From Gemmatimonadota bacterium (lineage in GTDB: Bacteria > Gemmatimonadota > Gemmatimonadetes > Gemmatimonadales > GWC2-71-9): 64,000 nucleotides of DNA. The stretch is from assembly GCA_039586365.1 (NCBI GenBank), contig JBDHKN010000034.1, positions 1-64,000 on the forward strand, read 5' to 3'. Below, piece by piece: positions 29,765-39,372 of this stretch (positions are counted from its first letter, which is position 1; the number at the start of each line of letters is the position of its first letter). The notes beneath the pieces were generated by a model. The model ran no database searches, had not been told where the DNA came from, and was given only the letters and a program-made list of their open reading frames with translations. The position numbers and the translations under genes are program-made.

Positions 29765-32437
29765 ATGTCATTAACCGAGAGAGATCATGATATTCTCCGG
29801 TCGCTAGCACGTTGCATCGATCCGTCCGATGCAGGTGCTCACAACAACCTCGGTGTACTCTACTACATGAAGGACCTGACGGCGGAAGCGGTGGAGCAGT
29901 TCGCTCGAGCGTTGGAGCTGGATCCCAGGATGCAGGTGGCCGAGCGCAACCTCGAGTTGGCTTACCGACGCTCAGGCCACTACAACGAGCAGGTGCGGGA
30001 ACTACGGAGGCAACTTCGGTCGGACCCGGAGAACCGTGATGCTCGTTGGGAACTGGGACGCGCTTACGCATCGCTGGCCCAATACGATGCTGCTGCGAGT
30101 GAGTTCCAGACGATTCTGTCTCGTGACCCCACCGACGTCGCTGCGATCGTGCAACTGGCGTTGGCCGAGAAGAAACTGGGGCAGTTGGAAACGGCGTCGG
30201 AATGGCTGGAGCGGGCGGCGGATCTTGATCCAGCGAGCAGTGTGGTGCGGTTCTATCTCGGTGAGGTGATGTATAACCGGGGGCTCAACGCAGAGGCGCT
30301 CGAGGCTCTGGAGCAAGCCGTAAAAGTCAGTCCCGATTACGCCGATGCCCATTACCTGTTGGCCTTTGTGCTGGGCGATATGGGGCGGCATGACGAGGCG
30401 CGCAAAGCGACCAAGCGGGCGATACAACTCAACCCTACCTATGGAAGGGCTCAGACGAACCTGTCAATTGAGCGGGTGACCGGTGAGAGTGTGGGCGCTA
30501 CTTCAGAGACACCGCAATCCGCGGGCGCCGACACCCACCAGGGCACTCTCGCTCACTACAATCTCGGCCGTGCCTTCCGACGGCAGGGTTACTACCAGGA
30601 GGCGCTGCACGAGTATCAATTGGCTTTGGACCGTGGCGAGGACCACTTCTTGGTTGAGCACGGCGTGGCTGAGGTCCACTTGCTGCGACGGGACTATGCC
30701 GGTGCCATTGAATTGTATGAAGTGCTGGTTGAGGCGTCTCCTGACTCCGCCAAACTGTGGAATGAACGTGGCGTCGTGCTGCATCAACTGGGCAGGTTCG
30801 AGGACGCAGTCGCATCTTATCGTCGCGCTGTCGAACTCACTCCGGCCTATACACTAGCCCACAACAACCTGGGGATAGCGCTGGCTCAGCAGGGGAGCCA
30901 CGACGACGCGTTGGCTGCCCTCTCTCAGGCTGCCGGCAGTGATCCCAAGCTGCCGGTTGCGCGACTCAATCTTGGTCTCCTGTTGCTCAAGCTCGGTAGG
31001 TTGGAGCTGGCGTTGGCGACGTTTCGGAAGCTGCTGGAGCAACATCCCGACACAGCTGGGGCGTGGAATGGGATAGGTCTCGTACTCAACGAACTGGGAC
31101 GACCTGAGGATGCCAGAAACGCCTTCGGTCGAGCTGTCGAAGCCGACTCGAATTCAGCTGAGGCGCACTACAATCTGAGCTTTGCTCTCTCGAAACTCGG
31201 TGACTATGACGGTGCTCTGCGGACTGTGACGCGTGCTCAGACGCTGGATCCTTACTACGTTCCTCAAAAGTTCAGACTGTCTATCGACCTGCAGTATGAG
31301 GATCCCGATCTATCTGTCGTACCAGAAATATCGGCCGACGTGATGGCCGAGACGACCAGCGCAATCAAGTTTGATCAGGGCCTGATTGACAATCTGTTCG
31401 CGGAACTCGACAGTGCGGCAAGACAGGAAATACCTGTCTCGACGTCCGATCCGCTGACGTTGGCACGGGATTATCTGGACAAGGGTCTGCTGGACTTGGC
31501 TGCTGCTGAAACGGACCGCGCGGCAAACCGGGGAGCGGATCCGGTAGATATGCAGATCCTGTCGGGACACATTTACGCGCGTCAAGGCCTGCACGGCGAG
31601 GCTTTGGAGCGCTACCGAGGGGCGAAGAGTGCGGACCCTGATAGTGCGGTTGCGCGGTTGGGCGAGATTCGTCAGCTGGTCGCACTCGGTAGAGGAGCCG
31701 AGGCAGTCGCCGACGCCGCTGCCCTGGCAAGTGAGCACCCCGACAACGTTGACGTACTGGTGGCACTGGCCGAAACACAACTCGCCGCTGGCGATCCCGC
31801 CAATGCGCTCGAGTACCTCAAGGAGGCCCGCGGACGAGCCCCGCAGCGAGCTGACATACTCAAGCTGGAAGGCGATATCGCTGTGGACATGGGCGATCTG
31901 GAGACTGCACAGCAAGCCTACGAGGGAGCCCTGGACCTGGAACCACGATTCGCGCAGGTCCGGCTGGACCTGGGGAAGCTGCACGAGGCCAGGAACGACC
32001 TGGTCGCCGCCGAGCGGTCCTACAGAGCGGCACTGGAGACTCTGCCTACCCTTTCTGAAGCCGCAATCGCACTGGCTCAGGTGTACCGGCGTGCGGGCCG
32101 CTCGCGGCTGGCCGTGAACCTACTGATCGAAGTGCTCCAGAATGATCCATCGGATCTGGAGACGCTGATCGGCCTGGGGCAGTCTCTGCTGGATGATGGC
32201 CGGGTAGAGCGGGCGCTTGAGGCGTTCGGGCGCGTACTGGCATACCAGAGCAACCACGCTGGTGCCCATTTCTATCTGGGTATGGCACTGGGCCGACAAC
32301 GCTGCTACACCGAGGCTATCGCGAGATGGCAGTCCGTGATTGCTCTGGAGCCGAACGGCCCATTTGCGCATGAGGCACGCAAACACATTCGCACAGCAAA
32401 CGACCTGCAGCACGTCTTCCCGACCACGGTGGCATAG
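29765..32437 (+). CDS. Large multi-TPR protein (890 aa)
   Basis: Many TPR repeats (AHNNLG, AHYNLG, AWNGIG); no signal peptide. Confidence 0.9.
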   Translation: MSLTERDHDILRSLARCIDPSDAGAHNNLGVLYYMKDLTAEAVEQFARALELDPRMQVAERNLELAYRRSGHYNEQVRELRRQLRSDPENRDARWELGRAYASLAQYDAAASEFQTILSRDPTDVAAIVQLALAEKKLGQLETASEWLERAADLDPASSVVRFYLGEVMYNRGLNAEALEALEQAVKVSPDYADAHYLLAFVLGDMGRHDEARKATKRAIQLNPTYGRAQTNLSIERVTGESVGATSETPQSAGADTHQGTLAHYNLGRAFRRQGYYQEALHEYQLALDRGEDHFLVEHGVAEVHLLRRDYAGAIELYEVLVEASPDSAKLWNERGVVLHQLGRFEDAVASYRRAVELTPAYTLAHNNLGIALAQQGSHDDALAALSQAAGSDPKLPVARLNLGLLLLKLGRLELALATFRKLLEQHPDTAGAWNGIGLVLNELGRPEDARNAFGRAVEADSNSAEAHYNLSFALSKLGDYDGALRTVTRAQTLDPYYVPQKFRLSIDLQYEDPDLSVVPEISADVMAETTSAIKFDQGLIDNLFAELDSAARQEIPVSTSDPLTLARDYLDKGLLDLAAAETDRAANRGADPVDMQILSGHIYARQGLHGEALERYRGAKSADPDSAVARLGEIRQLVALGRGAEAVADAAALASEHPDNVDVLVALAETQLAAGDPANALEYLKEARGRAPQRADILKLEGDIAVDMGDLETAQQAYEGALDLEPRFAQVRLDLGKLHEARNDLVAAERSYRAALETLPTLSEAAIALAQVYRRAGRSRLAVNLLIEVLQNDPSDLETLIGLGQSLLDDGRVERALEAFGRVLAYQSNHAGAHFYLGMALGRQRCYTEAIARWQSVIALEPNGPFAHEARKHIRTANDLQHVFPTTVA

Positions 32438-32439
32438 CT

Positions 32440-33594
32440 ATGGCGATCGAGGGCCCACTCAGAGAACTGGGCATTCACGACGTCTTTCAGTTACTCGATT
32501 TGAGTCGGAAGACCGGCAAGCTGACCGTGACGTCCAGACTGCGGCAAAACGGTGGCAGCGTGTTTTTCGAGCGAGGATCGGTCGTCTACGCTGAGATCGA
32601 AAGCAACCCGCATCTGCTGGGACGGCTGTTGGTGCAGTCGGGCAAGATCAACGAGGCTGATTTGAACAGAGCCCGCGATATGCAGCTGGAAGGAGACGAG
32701 CGGCGTTTGGGTGAAATCTTGGTGGACATCGGGGCGTTGACGGAGAAGGACCTAGAGAGACAGATGAGGTCCCAGATCGAAGAGGTTGTTTTTGAGCTCG
32801 TCGGCTGGCAGGAGGGCTACTTCTCCTTTGTTGAGGGTGAGCTGGCCGGCCTGGGTGCGGAAGCCAAGGTGCGGATCTCGACGGAGTCACTCTTGATGGA
32901 GGGCGCGCGCCGGATCGACGAGTGGTCGCGGATCGAGCGGAAGATCCCGCACCTGGGCGTCGTGCCGAGGTTCGCAGCGCGTAACCCGGAGCAGCCGGAA
33001 GGCTACCTCGATCTGCTGCCCTTTGAGTGGCAAGTCCTTGCGGCCGTCGACCATGAGCGGGACATCCGTGCGGTGGCTGTGAGTTTGGGCAGGTCCGAGT
33101 TCGAGGTGGCCAAGGCGGTGTTTGGTCTTGAGAGTGCCGGCCTTCTGGAGCTGGAGGAGCAGCCTGGGACTGCTGCTGTGGGGGGAGGGGCAGAGGAAGT
33201 GCGGGATGCCCTCCGGCGCGCAGAGGCTGCCATGGATGCTGGGGATCTGGCACAGTCCCGACGTTGCGCGGAGCTGGCCCGGACGGGGGCACCCCACGAT
33301 CCACTGGTCCACCTTATACTGGGTAAACTGGATCTGTCGGAACATCGTGCCGAGGCAGCTGAACAACACCTGCGCCGAGCGTTGCGGATCGATCCGATGC
33401 TCGTGGCCGCGCATCGACTGCTGGGCAACACGTTGGCGTTGCAGGGACGTTATTCCGAAGCGATCGAATGGTGGCAGCGGTGGATGACTCTCGGTGAGCG
33501 CACCGAGAAGGATGCCGCCGATGTTGAGCAAGTTGAAGAAGCGCTCAAGGCCGTAGAGCGTCTTGACACCATACTCGGAGGTGCACGTGGCTGA
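32440..33594 (+). CDS. DUF4388 (PATAN-like) + MshEN-like + TPR protein
   Basis: G.L.E....DVFQLL...RKTG.L; tandem (R/L)LG..LV..G motifs; LLMEGARRIDEW; C-terminal TPRs. Confidence 0.82.
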   Translation: MAIEGPLRELGIHDVFQLLDLSRKTGKLTVTSRLRQNGGSVFFERGSVVYAEIESNPHLLGRLLVQSGKINEADLNRARDMQLEGDERRLGEILVDIGALTEKDLERQMRSQIEEVVFELVGWQEGYFSFVEGELAGLGAEAKVRISTESLLMEGARRIDEWSRIERKIPHLGVVPRFAARNPEQPEGYLDLLPFEWQVLAAVDHERDIRAVAVSLGRSEFEVAKAVFGLESAGLLELEEQPGTAAVGGGAEEVRDALRRAEAAMDAGDLAQSRRCAELARTGAPHDPLVHLILGKLDLSEHRAEAAEQHLRRALRIDPMLVAAHRLLGNTLALQGRYSEAIEWWQRWMTLGERTEKDAADVEQVEEALKAVERLDTILGGARG

Positions 33595-34381
33595 TGATAT
33601 CCGGACGTTGAGCTCCGAGCTGGCTCGGGATCCTGACAGCCTGGTGTTTCTCGAGTTGGGTGAGGTGCTGAGGTCAAGGGGGCAGCTATACCTCGCAGCC
33701 AAAGTCGCCGTGACAGGTTTGGAGCGCCATCCACGACTGGCCGATGCCCACGACCTTTACGCTCGGATCCTAGCTGACATGGGACATCCTGAGCAGGCGC
33801 AGGAGGAGTGGTCACTCGCGCTTGGTATCGACCCAAGACACTGCGGGGCTCACAAAGGACTGGGTTTCCTGGCCTACCGGTGGGGCGACCTCGACAAAGC
33901 ACTAGAGCATCTGGAGTGGGCGCTCGCCACGGATCCGTTGGATTCGAGCGTGGTAGAGGCGCTCAGGATGGTCCGACGCACTGCCGAGGAATCAGCGGCT
34001 ACGGTTTCTGGAGCCGAGCTTCCGCCGGTCTTCGCGGGATTGGAGGGGGCAGAGCACGGCCTCTTGTTGTTGGACACCAGGGGACGCGTCTTGGCCGGAG
34101 GGATGAAGAGCGTGACTGGTGCCGACGTGTCAAACGACGTGGCAGCCTACGTAGCGGGAGGCGCTCAGGAGGCTGAGCGCACCTCGCGGATACTCGAGCT
34201 GGGGGATTGGCAGTGGATGGTGATAGAAGGATCCGCGGGAAACCTCCATATCAGCCGTCCCGAGACCGAGGCAGCGCTGTTGGTAGCTCGTGACCGCAGC
34301 GTTCCGTCCGGCAGGCTATCGATCTTGGCCGACCGGGCTACCAGAGTTGCCAAAGCGTGGATCGAGGCACAGGAGCCGTGA
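33587..34381 (+). CDS. TPR + Roadblock/LC7-like fusion protein
   Basis: N-terminal TPRs; C-terminal GLLLLDTRGRVLAG...LGDWQWMVIEG roadblock pattern; GGAGG before GTG 33587. Confidence 0.7.
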   Translation: MADDIRTLSSELARDPDSLVFLELGEVLRSRGQLYLAAKVAVTGLERHPRLADAHDLYARILADMGHPEQAQEEWSLALGIDPRHCGAHKGLGFLAYRWGDLDKALEHLEWALATDPLDSSVVEALRMVRRTAEESAATVSGAELPPVFAGLEGAEHGLLLLDTRGRVLAGGMKSVTGADVSNDVAAYVAGGAQEAERTSRILELGDWQWMVIEGSAGNLHISRPETEAALLVARDRSVPSGRLSILADRATRVAKAWIEAQEP

Positions 34382-34728
34382 CCGAGCGATTGCGGCAGTC
34401 ACTGGACAAGATCACGCGGGTTCGCGGTGTGCGGGGAGCGCTCTTGGTGACCGGGGACGATGGTCTGATCGTGGCAGACGCCGTAATGGACAGTGTGCGT
34501 GGTGACGCGGTAGCGGCTCTCGGGGCAAACTTGGCCACGCGCATGGCGAAGACGTGCGAATGCTCCGGAGTTGGCAGCCTGCAGTTTGTCCATCTCCAGT
34601 CGGTCCAGGGGACCCTCTTGGTCATGCCTTTGGCCGAGGAAGTGGTCCTGGTGGTCATCGGCGACAAGGACATCAACGTCGGCTTGGTCAGGCTGGAGAT
34701 GCAAGGCATGTCGGAGGCGGTGCCGTGA
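34378..34728 (+). CDS. Roadblock/LC7 domain protein
   Basis: GVRGALLVTGDDGLIV, AVAALGA, NVGLVRLEM. Confidence 0.85.
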   Translation: MTERLRQSLDKITRVRGVRGALLVTGDDGLIVADAVMDSVRGDAVAALGANLATRMAKTCECSGVGSLQFVHLQSVQGTLLVMPLAEEVVLVVIGDKDINVGLVRLEMQGMSEAVP

Positions 34729-35195
34729 TCCCGACCCGGTCGATCGAGCCGTGGATCAAAGAGCCGCTGGAGCGGTTCGTCGCCGAGGCTGGAGCCAGGC
34801 TGACGTTGATCATGACTACTGCTGGTCAAGTGCTTGCCCAACATGGGTTTACGCGTGCGGTTGACGTCATGGCAGCGGCTGCGCTGGGCGCGGCGATCCA
34901 CTCGTCAACGAGGGAGATCGCGCGGGCTGTTGGGGAGAGCGAGTTCAAGGCGCTCAATCATCAAGGGATCAGACACGGTATCTACCTAGCGGAGATGCAG
35001 ACCCCACGGGGAAGGCTCTTGGCCCTGGTCGTGTACGGTACCGAATCCTCGGTGGGACTGGTGCAACTCTTTTACGAGGATCTGGTCCGCGATCTCAGTA
35101 AGGCGTGTCCGCGAGAAGAGAGGAAGAAACCTGTCATCGCATCTAACTTCGAACGGGAGCTGGATGAGAGTCTCGCTTCACTTTTTCGGCGGTGA
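34725..35195 (+). CDS. mglB: MglB-like Roadblock protein (putative MglA GAP)
   Basis: AGQVLAQHG, AAALGAA...EIARAVGESEF..LNHQG, SVGLVQL; immediately upstream of mglA. Confidence 0.75.
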   Translation: MIPTRSIEPWIKEPLERFVAEAGARLTLIMTTAGQVLAQHGFTRAVDVMAAAALGAAIHSSTREIARAVGESEFKALNHQGIRHGIYLAEMQTPRGRLLALVVYGTESSVGLVQLFYEDLVRDLSKACPREERKKPVIASNFERELDESLASLFRR

Positions 35196-35198
35196 GTT

Positions 35199-35798
35199 GT
35201 GTCACTAGTCAACTTCACCACACGCGAAATCACCTGTAAGATCGTGTACTATGGACCGGGACGATCGGGTAAGACGAGCAACCTCCAGTATATCTATGGC
35301 CGCGTGCCGGAGAATCGGCGCGGCAGGATGGTATCGTTGGCGACTCAGACCGACCGTACTCTCTTCTTCGATTTCTTGCCCCTGGAACTGGGCTCGATTT
35401 CCGGCTTCGCGACGCGGTTCCAGCTGTACACTGTCCCGGGTCAGGTTTATTACAACGCCACTCGCAAGTTGGTACTGCAGGGTGCGGATGGGGTCGTATT
35501 CGTGGCTGACAGCCAGGCTCGCCAGCTCGATGAAAACGTGGAGAGCCTGCAGAACCTCCAGGCAAACCTACTTGACCAAGCCGTAGACATCCGTGAACTG
35601 CCCATGGTCCTGCAGTACAACAAGCAGGATCTCCCGTCGGATCTCATTCTGACCCCTCAGGAGCTGGACGACGCCATCAACTTCCGAGGCGTGCCTAGTT
35701 TTCCTGCTGACGCCTTGAGGGGTGGTGGAGTGTTCGAGACTCTCAAGGGAATATCTGAGCAGTTGTTGCGCAAACTGAGTGAGGAATCTCCGACGTGA
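35199..35798 (+). CDS. mglA: MglA small Ras-like GTPase
   Basis: KIVYYGPGRSGKT, DRTLFFDFLP, LYTVPGQ, VFVADS, NKQD. Confidence 0.95.
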   Translation: MSLVNFTTREITCKIVYYGPGRSGKTSNLQYIYGRVPENRRGRMVSLATQTDRTLFFDFLPLELGSISGFATRFQLYTVPGQVYYNATRKLVLQGADGVVFVADSQARQLDENVESLQNLQANLLDQAVDIRELPMVLQYNKQDLPSDLILTPQELDDAINFRGVPSFPADALRGGGVFETLKGISEQLLRKLSEESPT

Positions 35799-37753
35799 CG
35801 ACCGAGCTCAACCCCGGAATGACCTTCGAGAGCTTTGCGGTAGGGCCAGGTAATCAGTTAGCGGTGACTGCGGCTCGAGCTGTGGCGGAACGGCTCGACG
35901 GAGCTTACAGCCCACTCTACATCCATGGGGGAGGAGGGCTCGGCAAGACACACCTACTCATAGCGATCGGACATGTGGCGGCCGAGGCGTTTCCCCCCCG
36001 GGTGGTGGAGTACTTCACGCCGAGTCGCCTAGCCGAGGCCTTCAATGCGGCGGCTTCAGCGGGCCAGAGTGAAACGTTCCGCAATCTGCTGGCCGACGTC
36101 GACGTATTGTTGATCGACGATGCGCATCTTTTCGAGCGAAGGCAGGGCGCAAACACTGAGCTCCAGAGATTGACGCAGGACATCTTGGTTGAGGGGAGGA
36201 ACCTCGTTCTTGCTGGCCATGTTCCACCCGGCGAAATCGACGGCCTGCGCAGGGAACTCGTAACGGCCTTGTCACAGGGACTAGTTGTTGAGATCGAACC
36301 GCTTGATTACGAAACGCGGTTGGCCATTTTGCAGCGCCGGGCGGAGAGCCGCGCTTCAGGCCTGGATCAGACTGTGCTGGCAGCGGTCGCCGAGTTCAAT
36401 ATCACCACTGCCAGAGAGTTGATCGCATTGCTCAATCGGCTGATCGCACTGGATGCGGTAAGTGAGACTCGGTTGATGCCTGATGCAGCAAGAGCGCTGT
36501 TAGAGGGAGAAGCACTTGCACTGGACGGGCGGCGTCCGGTACCATCGGTGGGTGGGGCAGAGACCCAGCGAGACGAGTTCGCGGACTTCCTGTCCGAAGT
36601 GAGTGTCGCGGTCCAACAGCAGATCGAGGGGTGGGAGACGGACGTTCGGGATGCGATTGAGCGGTGGGGCCGTGAAGGTTTCGACACGAAGAGGCTGGAA
36701 GGGCTTCTCACGCAGAGTAATCCGATGCCGGTTGAGGCAACCATAGTGGAGTTCGAGCGAGACGTCCAGCAACTCCGAACCCTCCGTGAATCTGTTGCGG
36801 CAACCGATCCCACCCAGGCGGATGATCCGGTATTCTGTGATCCCGACCGGGTATCGGAGGCACACATATTGGCCGAGAGTATCGTGCCGGCTGTGGAGCT
36901 ACCTCCCGGTCCCTCGTCTGCCTGGACCTTCGACAGTTACATCGAGACAGAAGGCAACAGAGCGGCCAACCAGGCCGTGCACGAGGTAGTGGATTCGCCA
37001 GTATCGGCGCACAATCCGCTCGTAATCGTGGGAGCGACCGGAGTGGGGAAGACACACCTCCTGCATGCACTGGGGAGCGGTCTGAGCGAGCATCTCGCCA
37101 TGCCGGTAGCCTGTCTTTCCGGGCAGGAGTTCCACACCCTGGCCAGGAGCGCGGTCGAAGAGAATGCGCTTGAGGCCTTCGGGTCGCTGTTTGATCGGGC
37201 GGGTGCGCTGCTGATTGACGATATACACATGCTGGTGGGGCATGAGCGATCTCAAGAAGAACTGTACAGGATTGTCTCAGTGCTCATAGGGACATCCCGG
37301 CAAGTCGCATTCACCGTCAGTTCTGACCCTGCCGAGATCGACGGTCTCACCGCACAGCTGAGGCAGTGCATTGACGGTGGCAGGCAGGTGGTGTTGACGT
37401 CACCCGACCGTGAATTGCGACGCCGCTTGGTGCAGCGGGTGCTGCGGGATCGGGTGGGAGAAGCCGATCCTGAACTGCTGGATTACTTGGCGGATCGACC
37501 GGCTGAATCAGTGCGGGTGGTGACGGGCCTAGCCCAGCGGATAGTCGACTCCGCGGACGGCCAAGGCTTGCCGCCTAGTGCGGCTCTCGCCCGTCAGCTG
37601 ATCGAAGGGGCCCTCCCCAAGGTGGAGCGAGTGTCTCGAGGGATGCGAACCAGTGGGGTCATGGTTTCGCTGGCGAGCGGCGTCAAGAGTCGCGAGAAGA
37701 TGATCTGGAACTGGCCCGATCCGGGAGAGCGGCTGATAGAGGAACTTTCGTAG
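35795..37753 (+). CDS. Tandem DnaA/Hda-type AAA+ domain protein without DNA-binding domain
   Basis: Two copies of TF..F/Y...N..A, PL.I.G..G.GKTHLL, LLIDD; no DnaA domain I or IV. Confidence 0.85.
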   Translation: MTTELNPGMTFESFAVGPGNQLAVTAARAVAERLDGAYSPLYIHGGGGLGKTHLLIAIGHVAAEAFPPRVVEYFTPSRLAEAFNAAASAGQSETFRNLLADVDVLLIDDAHLFERRQGANTELQRLTQDILVEGRNLVLAGHVPPGEIDGLRRELVTALSQGLVVEIEPLDYETRLAILQRRAESRASGLDQTVLAAVAEFNITTARELIALLNRLIALDAVSETRLMPDAARALLEGEALALDGRRPVPSVGGAETQRDEFADFLSEVSVAVQQQIEGWETDVRDAIERWGREGFDTKRLEGLLTQSNPMPVEATIVEFERDVQQLRTLRESVAATDPTQADDPVFCDPDRVSEAHILAESIVPAVELPPGPSSAWTFDSYIETEGNRAANQAVHEVVDSPVSAHNPLVIVGATGVGKTHLLHALGSGLSEHLAMPVACLSGQEFHTLARSAVEENALEAFGSLFDRAGALLIDDIHMLVGHERSQEELYRIVSVLIGTSRQVAFTVSSDPAEIDGLTAQLRQCIDGGRQVVLTSPDRELRRRLVQRVLRDRVGEADPELLDYLADRPAESVRVVTGLAQRIVDSADGQGLPPSAALARQLIEGALPKVERVSRGMRTSGVMVSLASGVKSREKMIWNWPDPGERLIEELS

Positions 37754-39372
37754 TGGCTATCAAAGGCAGTCTCAAGGAAGCGTCCCTCCCAGACGTGCTC
37801 CAACTGCTATCGCTCGGGCGCAAGACGGGCTGTCTGTCCGTTTCAGACCGTTCAAGCCTGGGGTACGTCTTCTTCGATGCAGGCCGAATCATATACGCCA
37901 CCGTTGTCAACAGGCGCGACAGGCTCGGGGACATACTCCACAAGAGCGGCAGGATCACGCAGAAACAGCTGGACGAAGCCGTACGACTGCAGGACGCGGG
38001 TCGCGACAAGAAGTTGGGAGAGATCCTGGTTGAAACCGGGGCTATCTCGCAATCTGAGTTGGAGCATTGCGTGCGGCTGCAGATAGAGGAAGCTGTCTTC
38101 TTTCTGTTCACATGGCGGCGCGGGAGCTTCACTTTTGAGAGCGACGTCCGACCGCACCGTCAGGATTACCTGGTCTCCATCGATCCTGAGGCTCTCCTCT
38201 TGGAGGGAGCACGGCGGATTGACGAGTGGAGCCTCATCGAGAAGAAAGTCCCCTCTTTTGACCTGGTGTTCCAAACTGACGAGGAGCGCCTGATGTCCTC
38301 CGACGCTTCCCTGTCGGAAGCGCAGCAGCGCATTGCACCCCTACTGAACGGCAGCCGCGACCTATTCGCAGTGATCGAAGAGACCGGGCTCGTAGAGTTC
38401 GAGGTCGGCAAGGCGCTTTACGGACTTCTGACCGCTGGCTTCGTTCACCAGGTAGGCCGCAAAGCAGCGGAGCGGCGGCGCGAGGTCTCTGGGGTCCGTA
38501 TCGATGAGCACAGGAACCTCGGCATCGCGTTCTATCGCACCGGGATGCTAGATGAGTCGTTGCGTGAGTTCCGTCGAGTGGTTGAGCTGGGGCCGTCGGA
38601 CGGGGGTGCCTACTTTTACCTCGGCCTCATCTACTTCAAGCAGGCGCAGTGGCAGCAGGCGATCGAAGCGTTCAAGCAGGCAGTGGAGAAAGGTGGATCA
38701 CAGCCGTCAATACTCTATAACTTGGCGCTCAGCTACGAGAAAGCCGGGATGCTCGCCGAAGCGGAGGAGGCCTATGCCGACTCGGCGACTCGAGCACGTC
38801 GGGATTCACGCGTCCTGACAGGTTGGGGGCTGGTGGCCTTGCACCGCAGTGACTTCGAAGTGGCAGAGGGCCGGCTCGACCGGGCACGTGAGGTGACCGG
38901 TGGCGAGGGCATGAGTGCCATCTGGTACTGGGCTCGCTCACTGGCAGCTGGGGCTCAGGAGGACTACGATTCGGCGGAACGCATCTTGAGAGAAGGTGTA
39001 GAGCTGTTTCCCGAACATGCTGTGCTGCGAAACAACCTGGGAGCCCTACTTGAATTGCTGGGCCGAGTCGACGAAGCCGAGGAGCTTTTGAAGACGGCGC
39101 TGGCAGACGAACCGAGCGTCCCGCAACTGTCGAAGAATCTCGGTGATCTCCACTACCGGAGCGGCCGCTACGACGAAGCGTGGGATGCCTATCAACGCGC
39201 AGTCAAGCTCCAGCCCGAGTTGGGCGACGATGTGTATTTCAAGCTGGGCAACATCGCGTACAAGCGGCAAGATCGCGAGCTCGCAACCACCTGCTGGCAC
39301 AAGGCTCTTGAGCTGAACCCGATTCACGAGTTGGCTCGCACGAACCTAGAGACTGTGAGCGCCCTTAAGTGA
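37753..39372 (+). CDS. DUF4388 (PATAN-like) + MshEN-like + TPR protein
   Basis: Paralogue of 32440-33594 (MAIKGSLKE, RKTG, LLLEGARRIDEW); RLGDIL and KLGEIL motifs; multiple TPRs. Confidence 0.85.
   Translation: MAIKGSLKEASLPDVLQLLSLGRKTGCLSVSDRSSLGYVFFDAGRIIYATVVNRRDRLGDILHKSGRITQKQLDEAVRLQDAGRDKKLGEILVETGAISQSELEHCVRLQIEEAVFFLFTWRRGSFTFESDVRPHRQDYLVSIDPEALLLEGARRIDEWSLIEKKVPSFDLVFQTDEERLMSSDASLSEAQQRIAPLLNGSRDLFAVIEETGLVEFEVGKALYGLLTAGFVHQVGRKAAERRREVSGVRIDEHRNLGIAFYRTGMLDESLREFRRVVELGPSDGGAYFYLGLIYFKQAQWQQAIEAFKQAVEKGGSQPSILYNLALSYEKAGMLAEAEEAYADSATRARRDSRVLTGWGLVALHRSDFEVAEGRLDRAREVTGGEGMSAIWYWARSLAAGAQEDYDSAERILREGVELFPEHAVLRNNLGALLELLGRVDEAEELLKTALADEPSVPQLSKNLGDLHYRSGRYDEAWDAYQRAVKLQPELGDDVYFKLGNIAYKRQDRELATTCWHKALELNPIHELARTNLETVSALK

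Noticed and set aside
35795..37753. Calling this dnaA and placing oriC here
   Set aside because: No domain I or IV, duplicated ATPase domain, no dnaN neighbour, and no intergenic space or DnaA-box cluster seen.
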